A DNA stretch of 64,000 nt from Thermoplasmatales archaeon. GTDB taxonomy: Archaea > Thermoplasmatota > E2 > DHVEG-1. The notes beneath the pieces were generated by a model. That model was not told the DNA's origin. It did no database searches and was given only the letters and a program-made list of their open reading frames with translations. Position numbers and translations under genes: made by a program. Below, in pieces: positions 19,878 to 29,710 of the stretch. The DNA lies in assembly GCA_030672305.1 (NCBI GenBank), contig DAOVGR010000014.1, positions 10,510 to 74,509 of the forward strand, written 5' to 3'. The number at the start of each line of letters is the position of its first letter. Position 1 is the stretch's first letter.

Positions 19878-20201
19878 TTATCCAAATAATGCGCCAAGTC
19901 CTGCAGCTGCTTCTTCTTCTGAAACCTCTTCTTCTTCTTTTTTCTTCTTCTCTTTCTCTTCTTTTTTCTCTTCAGGTTTTCCCTCAGCAGGTGCTGGTGC
20001 GCCCGAGGGTGCAGCAACCACTGGAACTGCAGCAGATTTTATTGCCTTATCGATGTCTACACCTTCAAGAGATGCAGTTAATGCTTTTATTTTTGCATCA
20101 TCAGCTTTTACGCCTGCGGCAGTAAGTACTTTTTTTATATTTTCCTCTGTTATTTTTTTTCCTGCAGAGTGAAGAAGCATTGCGCCATATATGTATTCCA
20201 T
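19878..20201 (-). CDS. rpl12: 50S ribosomal stalk protein L12 (aP1)
   Basis: [11 protein letters not shown]...[13 protein letters not shown]. Confidence 0.97.
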   Translation of the reverse strand: MEYIYGAMLLHSAGKKITEENIKKVLTAAGVKADDAKIKALTASLEGVDIDKAIKSAAVPVVAAPSGAPAPAEGKPEEKKEEKEKKKKEEEEVSEEEAAAGLGALFG

Positions 20202-20213
20202 TTTTTCTTCCTC

Positions 20214-21059
20214 CTAAGTTGTTATATTTTTTAAGGCTAGTACATTTGAATGAGCTTTTAAAATCAAATTCTTAATCGTATCCTTATTTGGGATTCCTTG
20301 CTTTATTGCAAGCGATATTGCGCTATTATATGCTTTCATTAATAACGGTTTGATTGTAAGCTCATTAAACCAGCCTGCCTCAATTGCAAGGTTAAATGAA
20401 TTATTGAAAGCTTGCTTCATTTTTCCAATAAATTCATCAATATTAATATCTAAAACGTCAGGTTTGAAAATATTTCCATCTTCAAAAACAGCATGTAAAG
20501 ACATTCCAATCTCAATAGGGAAGATTTCAAGACGGGTAAGCATTTGGGCTACGCCAACTGGTATCTTTTCTCCCTCTGCGACAATAACCTTGTCAGATTT
20601 AATTATAACTTTTCCTTCTTGTATTGCCGCAGGTATTCCAGCTTTTTGTAGCTCGCCTACAATAGGACCAGGTTTAAAGGGAGTATCTCCAGCTTTGACC
20701 TTAATATCTTGATTAGCTGTTTCACCGCCCTTTGCAGGTGCCATTGTTCTTGTTGCTTTAATCTTAGCAAATAACTTGAATGGATTCATCTCAGTTGATA
20801 TAATCGCAGTTTGACCAGTTACTAATTCCTTTAATCCTGAAATACCTTTTACTTTTTTTTCAGCTTCATCAATTGCCCTGAAAATTAACCTATTCTTTGC
20901 AGAACGAACCGTAGCAATATCATGAAGATTAGTTCTCATTTGTTGCATTTGAGGTGCAGGAATACCTCCAATCTCGACAATCCCTACAACCTTATTTCTA
21001 GTAAGAAGATCGATTAGTTCTTTTACCTCTCCATGTTTCCATTCTGCGATATGAGCCAT
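20214..21059 (-). CDS. rpl10: 50S ribosomal protein L10 (aP0), lacking the acidic C-terminal tail
   Basis: MAHIAEWK, APAKGG and AGDTPFKPGP motifs. Confidence 0.95.
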   Translation of the reverse strand: MAHIAEWKHGEVKELIDLLTRNKVVGIVEIGGIPAPQMQQMRTNLHDIATVRSAKNRLIFRAIDEAEKKVKGISGLKELVTGQTAIISTEMNPFKLFAKIKATRTMAPAKGGETANQDIKVKAGDTPFKPGPIVGELQKAGIPAAIQEGKVIIKSDKVIVAEGEKIPVGVAQMLTRLEIFPIEIGMSLHAVFEDGNIFKPDVLDINIDEFIGKMKQAFNNSFNLAIEAGWFNELTIKPLLMKAYNSAISLAIKQGIPNKDTIKNLILKAHSNVLALKNITT

Positions 21060-21070
21060 AATAAATCAAC

Positions 21071-21715
21071 CTAAATAATTCTCTCTGAAGGACCCATAGT
21101 TGTTTTAATATATACTGAGCCAATATTCATTCGACCTTTCTCAAGAGCGGTCTCTACTCTTTTAATTATTGTATCAACATTATCAGCTATATGCTCTTTA
21201 GACATATCCGCACAACCTGCAACTGTATGAAAGGTCTTACTGCTCTTTGATCTGACTTTGATGGATTTTCGTAAATTTTTTACAATACCTGTTAAATCCG
21301 CATTAGGCGGGACTGGTTTTGGCATCTTCCCTCTGGGTCCAAGAACAGTACCAAGAGTCTTACCAATAGTAGGCATGAGAGGAGCTTCAGCAATAAAAAA
21401 TTCATAATCATCAGCAATTTTTTTAAATTTCTTTTTATCCTTTGAAAGATCTCCAATCTCTTCAGGTTTAATAAGAAGATCAACATGTTTTTTTGATTTT
21501 ATAGCAAGTTCACTACTTGCAAAAAGAGCGATCTTTACTTCTTTACCTCTTCCATGAGGGAGATGGATTTCCTCATCAATACGGTTTTTTGGAATATTAA
21601 GATCGATGTTCTTCAAATTAATTACTAAATCGATATTTTGTTTGAATTTTCTATCAATCTTCTTAGATTCATCTAAGATTTTTACAACTGCTTCTGTAGT
21701 TTTTTTATCTGTCAT
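21071..21715 (-). CDS. rpl1: 50S ribosomal protein L1 (ATG 21715 preferred)
   Basis: LPHGRG, LGTVLGPRGKMPKP and KTTMGP motifs. Confidence 0.96.
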   Translation of the reverse strand: MTDKKTTEAVVKILDESKKIDRKFKQNIDLVINLKNIDLNIPKNRIDEEIHLPHGRGKEVKIALFASSELAIKSKKHVDLLIKPEEIGDLSKDKKKFKKIADDYEFFIAEAPLMPTIGKTLGTVLGPRGKMPKPVPPNADLTGIVKNLRKSIKVRSKSSKTFHTVAGCADMSKEHIADNVDTIIKRVETALEKGRMNIGSVYIKTTMGPSERII

Positions 21716-21821
21716 AGATATCAATCGGAGTGTTTTGTATGCCATTTTCTTCATAAAAAGGAGAAAATGTAATCTCCGGGAATGACAACCCTATTTATAA
21801 AAGTTTGGTTAAAAAATAATA

Positions 21822-22781
21822 TCAATTCTTCCTATAAAGTCGTTCAAGTATCAAATCAAGTATTTCTTCAGGACCCCTTATTTTCTTTAATTCTCTACGA
21901 ACAATCAAAGGTGTACCTTCTAAACTTGTCTTATTAACATCTTTATCTGTGATAAGAACTGCATGTTTCTCTGTTACTCTTGAGATACTGCTAACAACTT
22001 GTGCTTTTTTAAGAAGCTTTTTATTATATTCATCTACACAAGTTAGAAGGACTTTCTTTTTATCTTGACTTACAGCTTCAAAAACACATCTTTCTAGAGG
22101 AGTAACCTTATAACCTACTTTCTCAAGGATTGAAAACACCTCTCTTTGAAATCTTCTAAAAACATCTGTTTCTGAAGATACAAATTGAACCTTCTTTTTT
22201 AATTTTTTATTTCTAAATAAATCAATTGGAAGTGAAATATTTGTTCCAAGAGTATCTTCAATTCTAATAGCAACTTCAATAGTAGCATTCATCCCATCTT
22301 CATACATTTGAACTGTTCTTCTGGATACTTTTAATGAACGGGCAAAAGATCCAAGTGAAATATTCTGCTCTATTCTTGTGTTTTTTATTTTATCTTTATC
22401 AAGATTTACATATAAACCACCAGGAGCAGCATAAACTTCAAGTGGTATTCCTTCGAGTAGATAGGTTTTAAGTGTTTCTGAGGTAATAGTTTGAATTCCA
22501 AATCTATCATATACTGCGTCATCTTGAATATCTCCTGTTCCACTTTTTTGACCTATAATCAATGGGCACCCTTTTAGCAGTATTGAAAGTTTTCTGAGTT
22601 CACTTGCAACATCTTCTGACATTGCATCAATATTAATCAAAACTTTAATTATCATTAATGAATTGTCTCTTCTTGCAACTAGATCAAAACCTATTGGTCG
22701 CATCAAATAGAGTTCAGAGACATAGAAACCTGCCTTTATCAAGGTGTCTCTGACTTCCCCTAAAAGCTCTAATCGCTTCAT
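21822..22781 (-). CDS. Archaeal HTH transcriptional regulator with nuclease-like domains (COG1395-like)
   Basis: FDLVARR, KVLINID, YAAPGGLYV, cro-like HTH SLGSFARSLKVSRRTVQMYE; divergent from tiaS. Confidence 0.82.
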   Translation of the reverse strand: MKRLELLGEVRDTLIKAGFYVSELYLMRPIGFDLVARRDNSLMIIKVLINIDAMSEDVASELRKLSILLKGCPLIIGQKSGTGDIQDDAVYDRFGIQTITSETLKTYLLEGIPLEVYAAPGGLYVNLDKDKIKNTRIEQNISLGSFARSLKVSRRTVQMYEDGMNATIEVAIRIEDTLGTNISLPIDLFRNKKLKKKVQFVSSETDVFRRFQREVFSILEKVGYKVTPLERCVFEAVSQDKKKVLLTCVDEYNKKLLKKAQVVSSISRVTEKHAVLITDKDVNKTSLEGTPLIVRRELKKIRGPEEILDLILERLYRKN

Positions 22782-22834
22782 TTGGTAAAAAACTAAAGAA
22801 GCACTTCATATATATAAGTATCGGGAGTGATATT

Positions 22835-24142
22835 ATTTGGATTGGGATAGATGACACTGATTCAATTTCAGGTGGATGTACAACCTATTTAGCCTGTGCA
22901 CTTATTAAAAAATTAACCGATAATAATTATGACATCATTGGTTATCCAAGACTTGTTAGATTAAATCCAAATATCCCTTGGAAGACCAGAGGTAATGGTG
23001 CAATATCACTTCAAGTTGATAAAGGGAAAGGATTAAAAAAAAAAATTGGTGAAATAGATAGTAAAGAAATTTTCTGTTATCAAAATAATTTATCAGGGAA
23101 TTACAACGATATCAAAATTAAAGAAATTGTAGAGCAAATGGTAGATTACTATGCAAGAATAGATGATGAAGAGACAAATCCTGGTTTTGTATTACTGACA
23201 AAAAAACCTTATTATAGTAGTTATGAAAAAGCTGTACGGGAAATTGTTACATTAGAAAACACAAAAAAGATACTAGGATCATATAACGCATATTATAGAG
23301 GATATAAAAATTGTAGAGGCCTTATTGGTGCTACTGCATCTATTGCATGGTCATCTGAAAATGATAATACCTACGAATTAATTGCTTATAGAAAAGAACA
23401 AAAATGGGGTAGTAAGAGATTTGTAGACAACGACTCAACAAAAAAAATGGATAAACAATGTCATTCAACCTTTGATAATTACGATTATAAACATAAGCAT
23501 AATAGGATAATTCCTAATTCGCCCTGTCCTGTTTTGTTTGGTATAAGAGGAACCGATGAAGAAGAATTGATAAATGCAAAATCCTTGATTATATCTGAGG
23601 AAATTGATTGCTGGTTAATATTTGAAACCAATCAAGGAACTGATGAACATCTTCAAAAAACGACTATTAATAAAATTCAACCATATCAATCAGTTATTGT
23701 AGATGGTAGAGTTGTAAAAGTTCCCTTTACTGTTGAAGGAGGACATGTGTTTTTTACGATAAAGGATTCCAGTGGAGAAATTGATTGTGCAGCCTATGAA
23801 CCTACAAAAAATTTTAGAAAAATCATAAGAGAATTAAATCTTGGTGATAAAGTTGAAGTTTATGGAGGTGTAAGAAAAGATCCTCTTACAATAAATTTAG
23901 AGAAAATCAACATAAAGTATCTTGAAAAACAAGTGGAAAAGGTTGAAAATCCTATCTGTCCAAAATGTGATAAACATATGAAATCAAAAGGCATCAACCA
24001 GGGCTATAGATGTAATAAATGTGGTACAAAAAGTGATAAACCAATATTTAAGGAAATTAAAAGAAACATTAATACTGGTTTATATGAAGTACCAGTTTGT
24101 GCTAGAAGACATCTAAGTAAACCAATAAAGAGAATAGGATAA
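22835..24142 (+). CDS. tiaS: tRNA(Ile2) agmatidine synthetase; probable ATT start
   Basis: WIGIDDTDS..GGCTTY and PRLVRLNPNIPWKTRGNGA lie in frame upstream of the tracked ATG; TNQGTDEHL, AAYEPT, zinc ribbon and ARRHLSKP motifs. Confidence 0.95.
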   Translation: MWIGIDDTDSISGGCTTYLACALIKKLTDNNYDIIGYPRLVRLNPNIPWKTRGNGAISLQVDKGKGLKKKIGEIDSKEIFCYQNNLSGNYNDIKIKEIVEQMVDYYARIDDEETNPGFVLLTKKPYYSSYEKAVREIVTLENTKKILGSYNAYYRGYKNCRGLIGATASIAWSSENDNTYELIAYRKEQKWGSKRFVDNDSTKKMDKQCHSTFDNYDYKHKHNRIIPNSPCPVLFGIRGTDEEELINAKSLIISEEIDCWLIFETNQGTDEHLQKTTINKIQPYQSVIVDGRVVKVPFTVEGGHVFFTIKDSSGEIDCAAYEPTKNFRKIIRELNLGDKVEVYGGVRKDPLTINLEKINIKYLEKQVEKVENPICPKCDKHMKSKGINQGYRCNKCGTKSDKPIFKEIKRNINTGLYEVPVCARRHLSKPIKRIG

Positions 24143-24192
24143 CCATAAGACTTTTTAATGGCTTGTCTCTTCATGGTTTTCAAAATTTATTT

Positions 24193-24265
24193 GCGGGTGT
24201 GGTGTAGCCTGGTATCACTTAAGCTTGCCAAGCTTATTACCCGGGTTCAAATCCCGGCGCCCGCA
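24193..24265 (+). tRNA. tRNA-Gly(GCC)
   Basis: GCGGGTG/CGCCCGC-A acceptor stem, TAAGC-TT-GCC-AA-GCTTA anticodon arm, GGTTCAAATCC. Confidence 0.95.
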
Positions 24266-24337
24266 TTTTTTCTAAGTTTTTCTTAAATTTTTCTAAATAA
24301 ATTTAAATACTCTAATCAAGTAGTCGAAATAGGAGAT

Positions 24338-25945
24338 ATGAATTATATTAATATATTAAATAAGAAGTTAGTTACGGTTTTAATTCTAATTTTTATTATT
24401 ACATCGGTCATACCAAGTATAGATGCACGTATTAAAGAATCGGAAAATAATTGTAACTATTCAACAAGTCAAAAACTTAATTTGATATCTGACGGAAACA
24501 CATTAGATATTCAATTTATTTACAACATTACTGCAAACCTAAGTAATATCATATTTGATGTCTATGACGAAGAAAATGGTGAAATCGCGAAAGGACGTGC
24601 TTTTGGTACAAAAGGAGAGCATAGAGCAGCTGAGATACTATATGAAAATATGACAAAATTAGGATTATATACAGTAAAAGAACAAATAAAAAATACCGAT
24701 AAATGTCCAGATCTTACTCATGAGCTAGAGATAAATGAATATTTTGTTAAAATAAACAATAAAAAAATAGATTCATATATTGCCCCAGTATGGGTTGAAA
24801 CCTCTGAGAATAATTTTAATCTAAACCATACCTATAGTTATTCCAATCTTAAAATAATAGAACCGCCGCTTCTCCCTAGACTTTTCATACAAGGGCAAAA
24901 AATTATAAATAAATTAGAACCTTTTGTTTTAATTGTTAAGGACAAAGCCTTTTATCCATTTAGTCCTCTAAAAAAATTGCCATTTACTGATAACTTCATT
25001 TTTGATTACTATATAATTAGGCAGTTACAAGGTGGTATTCCAGTTTTATATTCGTGGTTATGGGATAAGTATTTAGATTATTGTAAAGGATTAGTTCTTT
25101 ATGATTTTAACAAAGATGTTCATGATATGAATCTCTTAAAAAAATTTAATCATATACCCTTTATATATATCAATGGTAGTGATGGAGCTAAAATCCTAAA
25201 TAATATTGAAGATACTCGAATTGATTTTGAATTAAAACAACATATGAATACTTCAATAGTTAGCTATAATGTTATTGGACAGCTTAATGGTACAAATCAA
25301 AATAAAATAGTTATTGTTGATTGTCTTTATGATTCATGGTGGTGTCAGGGGACAGCAGATTCAGCAATTGGTATGGCAATGGTTTTAGCCGTTGCAAAAT
25401 ATTTCAAAGAAAACAATATTACACCTAGATATACAATAAAATTTATTGGTTTTGGTGGTGAAGAGCATGGTTTTTGCGCTGGAGCAAAATATTATGAATC
25501 ATCACATATAGATGAAAACATATCATATGTACTTGATTTAAATCAGATCGGATTCAAACAAGATAACCCAAAATTGACCCTTAATGTTATTGGAAATAGA
25601 CTTGATTTTCTATTTGACATTTATAAATCAATTAAAAAAGCGGATTATAACAATCGAGTAAATAGCTCAGATGGAATTCAGTTATTATGGTTGAAAAACG
25701 GTGGTCCTGGAAATGCTATGATATTTGCTAAAAGTAGAAGTGATTGTAAAACAGTTTGTTTTTTAAAGGATGGTGGATGGAAAATGCATCATCGCGATGG
25801 ATTGAATCATACTGAAGGTGATGTCCTAAAATATTTTGATTGGACGGATGTAAATGTAACTGGGGAGATTGTGCTTAGTATTGCTAAATATTTAACCTTG
25901 GATACGTCCCTAAATACGCAAAAAAGGGAGATAAAAACAATATGA
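24338..25945 (+). CDS. Secreted M28-family peptidase-like protein with variant metal site
   Basis: Signal peptide, GRAFGTKGE, NVIGQL, CLYDSW..GTADS and FGGEE motifs. Confidence 0.8.
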   Translation: MNYINILNKKLVTVLILIFIITSVIPSIDARIKESENNCNYSTSQKLNLISDGNTLDIQFIYNITANLSNIIFDVYDEENGEIAKGRAFGTKGEHRAAEILYENMTKLGLYTVKEQIKNTDKCPDLTHELEINEYFVKINNKKIDSYIAPVWVETSENNFNLNHTYSYSNLKIIEPPLLPRLFIQGQKIINKLEPFVLIVKDKAFYPFSPLKKLPFTDNFIFDYYIIRQLQGGIPVLYSWLWDKYLDYCKGLVLYDFNKDVHDMNLLKKFNHIPFIYINGSDGAKILNNIEDTRIDFELKQHMNTSIVSYNVIGQLNGTNQNKIVIVDCLYDSWWCQGTADSAIGMAMVLAVAKYFKENNITPRYTIKFIGFGGEEHGFCAGAKYYESSHIDENISYVLDLNQIGFKQDNPKLTLNVIGNRLDFLFDIYKSIKKADYNNRVNSSDGIQLLWLKNGGPGNAMIFAKSRSDCKTVCFLKDGGWKMHHRDGLNHTEGDVLKYFDWTDVNVTGEIVLSIAKYLTLDTSLNTQKREIKTI

Positions 25946-27282
25946 TATTTAAAAAAATCTTGATTATTTGTATGGTTTTTTTACTATTGGGGGTAAATCT
26001 ATTACCATTAATTGATAGTAGATTTATAGAACCAAACATGAAAACATTTTTCGAAAATAAATTGGATACATCGGTGATCTATATCAATGCTTCTTCGCCA
26101 TATGATTATGGATGGAAGGCAGGAATTCAATATAGGTTACAATATAAACTACTTGATTTTTTTATAGAACTTATAAAAAAGGGTGAGATTAATCCTACTA
26201 ATATTGAAAATCAGATAAATACTATGAAAGAATATTATCCTATATTTTTAAAGGAATTGGAGGGTTTATCTGCAAGTACTGGAATAAAACTTGAAAGATT
26301 AATTGCTGCACAAATTATATTCCATCCATTGTTAGGGAGAGCTTGTACTGTTACTGCTTCAACAGGATTTGCTACAAAAAATAATGAGACGTACCTCACA
26401 GAAAATTATGATACAAACTTTGGAAATAGAAAAATTTTTAGATTTAATTTATTAAAAATTTTTATGATACCAATAATTCGATCATATACCTGGCGATGGA
26501 ATCAATTTGTTAATATAGCACGACCAGGACCAGATCAATATAAGTATGCATTTATTGGGATACCAGTTATTAGTGAGATTGCACTATTAAACGAAAAAGG
26601 ATTAGGTTATGGAGGAACTGGTACTCATCTTACAAATAACGAGAGTAGATACATTGATGAAGGTCCCGGCATCCTTCCATACTTTTTGAACAGAAATGCA
26701 ATGAGGTATTGTAAGAATGTTTCTGAAGTGGCATCTCTTTTTAAAAATTCAGAGAGGGCCGCTAATAAAAATAAGGTCTGGCCTCATGATTATGACTACG
26801 ATTCTTCCATATGGTGTGATAGTGAAGGCAATATACTACTTATTGAGCAGACTCATTCCTTTATTAATATAGTGTTTGGAAACTCAACAGGTATCACTGG
26901 TGCCCCTGAAGGTATATTATGGCATACCAATCATCACATATGGTTAGATGCAAATCAAACTGGATCAATATATCTGGGAGAAGAGGGTGTTAAAAAAAGT
27001 AGCTTTATACGAGCGGCTAGAGCTCGTGAATTACTTGAGATAAACTATGGAAATATTACATTGGATATATGTAAAAATATAACTAGAGATCATGAGAAAG
27101 GTAGTAAAGAAAATGGAAAAGATTCCTGGGATCTTTGTCGTCATCCAGATAAAAATGATTTTGCAATAACGCTTTTTTCGTGGATTATAGTTCCAAAAAA
27201 AATGACTGTTTACTGGACTTATGGATCTCCATGTAACCATAAATTTGTAGAAAAGGATTTTTCTAAGATATTTGAAGAATAA
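25942..27282 (+). CDS. Secreted C45-family Ntn hydrolase / acyltransferase
   Basis: Signal peptide, ELEGLS, autoproteolytic ACT site, ENYD, LNEKGL and HTNH motifs. Confidence 0.82.
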   Translation: MIFKKILIICMVFLLLGVNLLPLIDSRFIEPNMKTFFENKLDTSVIYINASSPYDYGWKAGIQYRLQYKLLDFFIELIKKGEINPTNIENQINTMKEYYPIFLKELEGLSASTGIKLERLIAAQIIFHPLLGRACTVTASTGFATKNNETYLTENYDTNFGNRKIFRFNLLKIFMIPIIRSYTWRWNQFVNIARPGPDQYKYAFIGIPVISEIALLNEKGLGYGGTGTHLTNNESRYIDEGPGILPYFLNRNAMRYCKNVSEVASLFKNSERAANKNKVWPHDYDYDSSIWCDSEGNILLIEQTHSFINIVFGNSTGITGAPEGILWHTNHHIWLDANQTGSIYLGEEGVKKSSFIRAARARELLEINYGNITLDICKNITRDHEKGSKENGKDSWDLCRHPDKNDFAITLFSWIIVPKKMTVYWTYGSPCNHKFVEKDFSKIFEE

Positions 27283-27379
27283 AAAATACTATTTATAATT
27301 AATATTGGAGTTGATTAATTAAACCATAAATTTCTAATACCGATGGAAATTAACTTTTGCAAAATTGGATGACTATAAT

Positions 27380-28051
27380 ATGCTAAAAATAGATCTACAT
27401 ATACATTCACAATATTCAGGTGATGGATTAGGTTCACCAAAGGAGATAATAAAGATATTGCAACAGAGAGGATTACAAGGTATGGCCATTACAGACCATA
27501 ATTCTGTTGCAGGAAGTCTAAAAGCATTAGAAATTGCTCCAAAAGATTTTATTGTGATACCTGGTCAGGAAATATCAACCCTTGAAGGTCATATAGTTGC
27601 TTTAGGTGTCAAAAAAAATATTGAAAGAGAGTTATCAGTAGAAGAAACCGTTGAAAGAATTATTGATCTCGGTGGAATACCTCTAGTCGTCCATCTTTTT
27701 AGAAATATGTCAGGTATCAAAAAGAATAATCTTAAAAAAATTCATAAAAAACTTAATACAATTGAAGTTTTCAATTCATGCAGTGTTCCAAAATCAAATT
27801 TAAAATCAGCAAAAGTTGCAAAGGAATTTAATCTGGGTGGTACAGGCGGGTCTGATTCACATAAACCTGAATTTGTTGGTTATGGATACACATTAGTTGA
27901 TACAACTGATTATAGCTTAGATACAGTTTTATCACAAATAAATAAGAAAAAAACATGGGGGAAAGGAGAGACCCTGCCATTATCTTATAGACGAGACAGA
28001 ATGGCGAAATCAGTTAAACAATTCTTTCAGAGAGGATTTAAACGTATTTAA
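27380..28051 (+). CDS. PHP-domain metallophosphoesterase
   Basis: DLHIHSQYS.DG, AITDHN and GGSDSH motifs. Confidence 0.9.
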   Translation: MLKIDLHIHSQYSGDGLGSPKEIIKILQQRGLQGMAITDHNSVAGSLKALEIAPKDFIVIPGQEISTLEGHIVALGVKKNIERELSVEETVERIIDLGGIPLVVHLFRNMSGIKKNNLKKIHKKLNTIEVFNSCSVPKSNLKSAKVAKEFNLGGTGGSDSHKPEFVGYGYTLVDTTDYSLDTVLSQINKKKTWGKGETLPLSYRRDRMAKSVKQFFQRGFKRI

Positions 28052-28102
28052 ATTAAGGACTGATAAGAAACCTTTTAATCTAAATAAATTATACGATTGC
28101 TT

Positions 28103-28318
28103 ATGGATGATGCACAAATTATCAATTCATTAGAAAATAAAATTAGGAACTTAGAAGAAAGGCTTAGAGCAATAGAAAAGGAACAAAGAAATATTCGTGA
28201 AGACATTTTATCAGGAACACCAGAGGGACGTATGCAAAGAAGAATACTTGAAAAACCACCAAAAAAGATAAAAGATTTTAAAGAAAAATTAGATAAAGAA
28301 ATTAAGATTGAAATTTAG
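28103..28318 (+). CDS. Small coiled-coil hypothetical protein
   Basis: ORF preceded by a TATA-like element; heptad pattern. Confidence 0.55.
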   Translation: MDDAQIINSLENKIRNLEERLRAIEKEQRNIREDILSGTPEGRMQRRILEKPPKKIKDFKEKLDKEIKIEI

Positions 28319-28781
28319 AATCGTAAATTCCCTCGGCTATTGCTTTTTGAATTTCTTGCGGCTTTTTTCCTTCGACTGTTACACCAATCGACACACAGGT
28401 ACCAATTACCTCTTTTGTTTTGTGTTTGAGTTCTTTACCTAAAAGAGTCTCATATTTCATTTTGGCAATCTTAATTGCTTGATCAACTGTGAGATTTCCA
28501 ATTTTATGAGTTCCAGCTGATCCTGATCCTTTCTCTAAGCCAAGCTCTTTAAAAATAAGAGATGATGTAGGTGGGGTACCGACTTCAACCTCAAAATTCT
28601 TAGTCTTTGGGTCGACAATTACCATTACAGGAACCTTCATTCCGTTAAATTGTTTAGTTTTATCATTAATTGTATTGATTATCTGCATTATATTTACTCC
28701 TAATGGACCAAGAGCTGGACCAAGAGGAGGTCCTGCAGATGCTTTTCCTCCTTCCACAAGTGCTTTAATTTTCTCTGTCAT
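28302..28781 (-). CDS. rpl11: 50S ribosomal protein L11
   Basis: GGKASAGPPLGPALGPLG motif. Confidence 0.97.
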   Translation of the reverse strand: MTEKIKALVEGGKASAGPPLGPALGPLGVNIMQIINTINDKTKQFNGMKVPVMVIVDPKTKNFEVEVGTPPTSSLIFKELGLEKGSGSAGTHKIGNLTVDQAIKIAKMKYETLLGKELKHKTKEVIGTCVSIGVTVEGKKPQEIQKAIAEGIYDSKFQS

Positions 28782-28785
28782 ATAT

Positions 28786-29304
28786 CTAATCCCTCTTTTC
28801 CTCTTCTGATTTGTTCTTTTCTTCGTCTTTTCTTTTTATAACTCTTACTTGTTCTCCTCGAACAGTAATTGGTATAGGAACCACGGATTCAAAAAGTTCC
28901 ACAGTAATTTCTTCTTTTGTATCGTCTATATGAGTTACTTTAGCGGTCTCACCTCTAAAAGGGCCTGCTATCATTTCAACAACATCACCCTCAGTAATCT
29001 TTGCCACAGCAGATGCTGGAATGAGGAAGTGCTGTATCTGATCGATAGGAATATCACCCTCAAGCATGTTTCGTGCATATGAAACAGTCTTTATCATATC
29101 TCTAATACGTTCTTTATCATAACTTTCAAGAAAAATATATCCCCTAAGTTCAGGTGTTACCAAAATTGATGGGATTTTAATTTTTGATTTGCCTGCTCTG
29201 CTATTTATGAGATCAGCTGTGTTTTGCTCTTTACCAACTTGAGTTTTTATAGTAAATATTTTTGTATTCTCCTGAACAATTTCTTCAGAATTTGAACCTT
29301 CCAT
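28786..29304 (-). CDS. spt5: Transcription elongation factor Spt5 (ATG 29304 preferred)
   Basis: NGN domain (LRGYIFLE) and KOW (GDVVEMIAGPFRGE). Confidence 0.95.
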   Translation of the reverse strand: MEGSNSEEIVQENTKIFTIKTQVGKEQNTADLINSRAGKSKIKIPSILVTPELRGYIFLESYDKERIRDMIKTVSYARNMLEGDIPIDQIQHFLIPASAVAKITEGDVVEMIAGPFRGETAKVTHIDDTKEEITVELFESVVPIPITVRGEQVRVIKRKDEEKNKSEEEKRD

Positions 29305-29318
29305 AATAATACACCTTT

Positions 29319-29597
29319 CTATAGTCCAAGTATCTCTGCTATCCAAGGAGCAACTAGTTCAGCTACTAAAAAGATAAGAAATCCAAGGCCTCCTATCAAT
29401 ATAATACCTAACCCTGTTATTTTTGAGGTTTTTGCATACTCTTCGTTTGTTGGTTTTCTAGCCATTTTAAGGACTCTTCCATATTTTCCTTTACCAATTC
29501 TATTCTGTCTTGATTCTATATTATGTTGTAAATCCCAAGCCTTTTCCACAAATGATCGGTCATCAGGAACTTTGTCTTTTCGATTGAAGAATTTCAC
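29319..29597 (-). CDS. secE: Protein translocase SecE / Sec61-gamma
   Basis: YGRVLKMARKPT.EEY plus one TM helix. Confidence 0.93.
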   Translation of the reverse strand: MKFFNRKDKVPDDRSFVEKAWDLQHNIESRQNRIGKGKYGRVLKMARKPTNEEYAKTSKITGLGIILIGGLGFLIFLVAELVAPWIAEILGL

Positions 29598-29710
29598 TTA
29601 TTTACACCCCTTTTAGGCAAGTTGGTCAAATAAATGGATATATATAAAGAATTTGGCTGTTTTTAATTAATAAATAAGAAAAAATTATGGAAGTTTGATT
29701 ATTGGATGGA

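Noticed and set aside
24266-27364. Peptidase pair as an island integrated at tRNA-Gly
   Set aside because: No duplicated tRNA 3' end and no integrase; signal peptides match the host style
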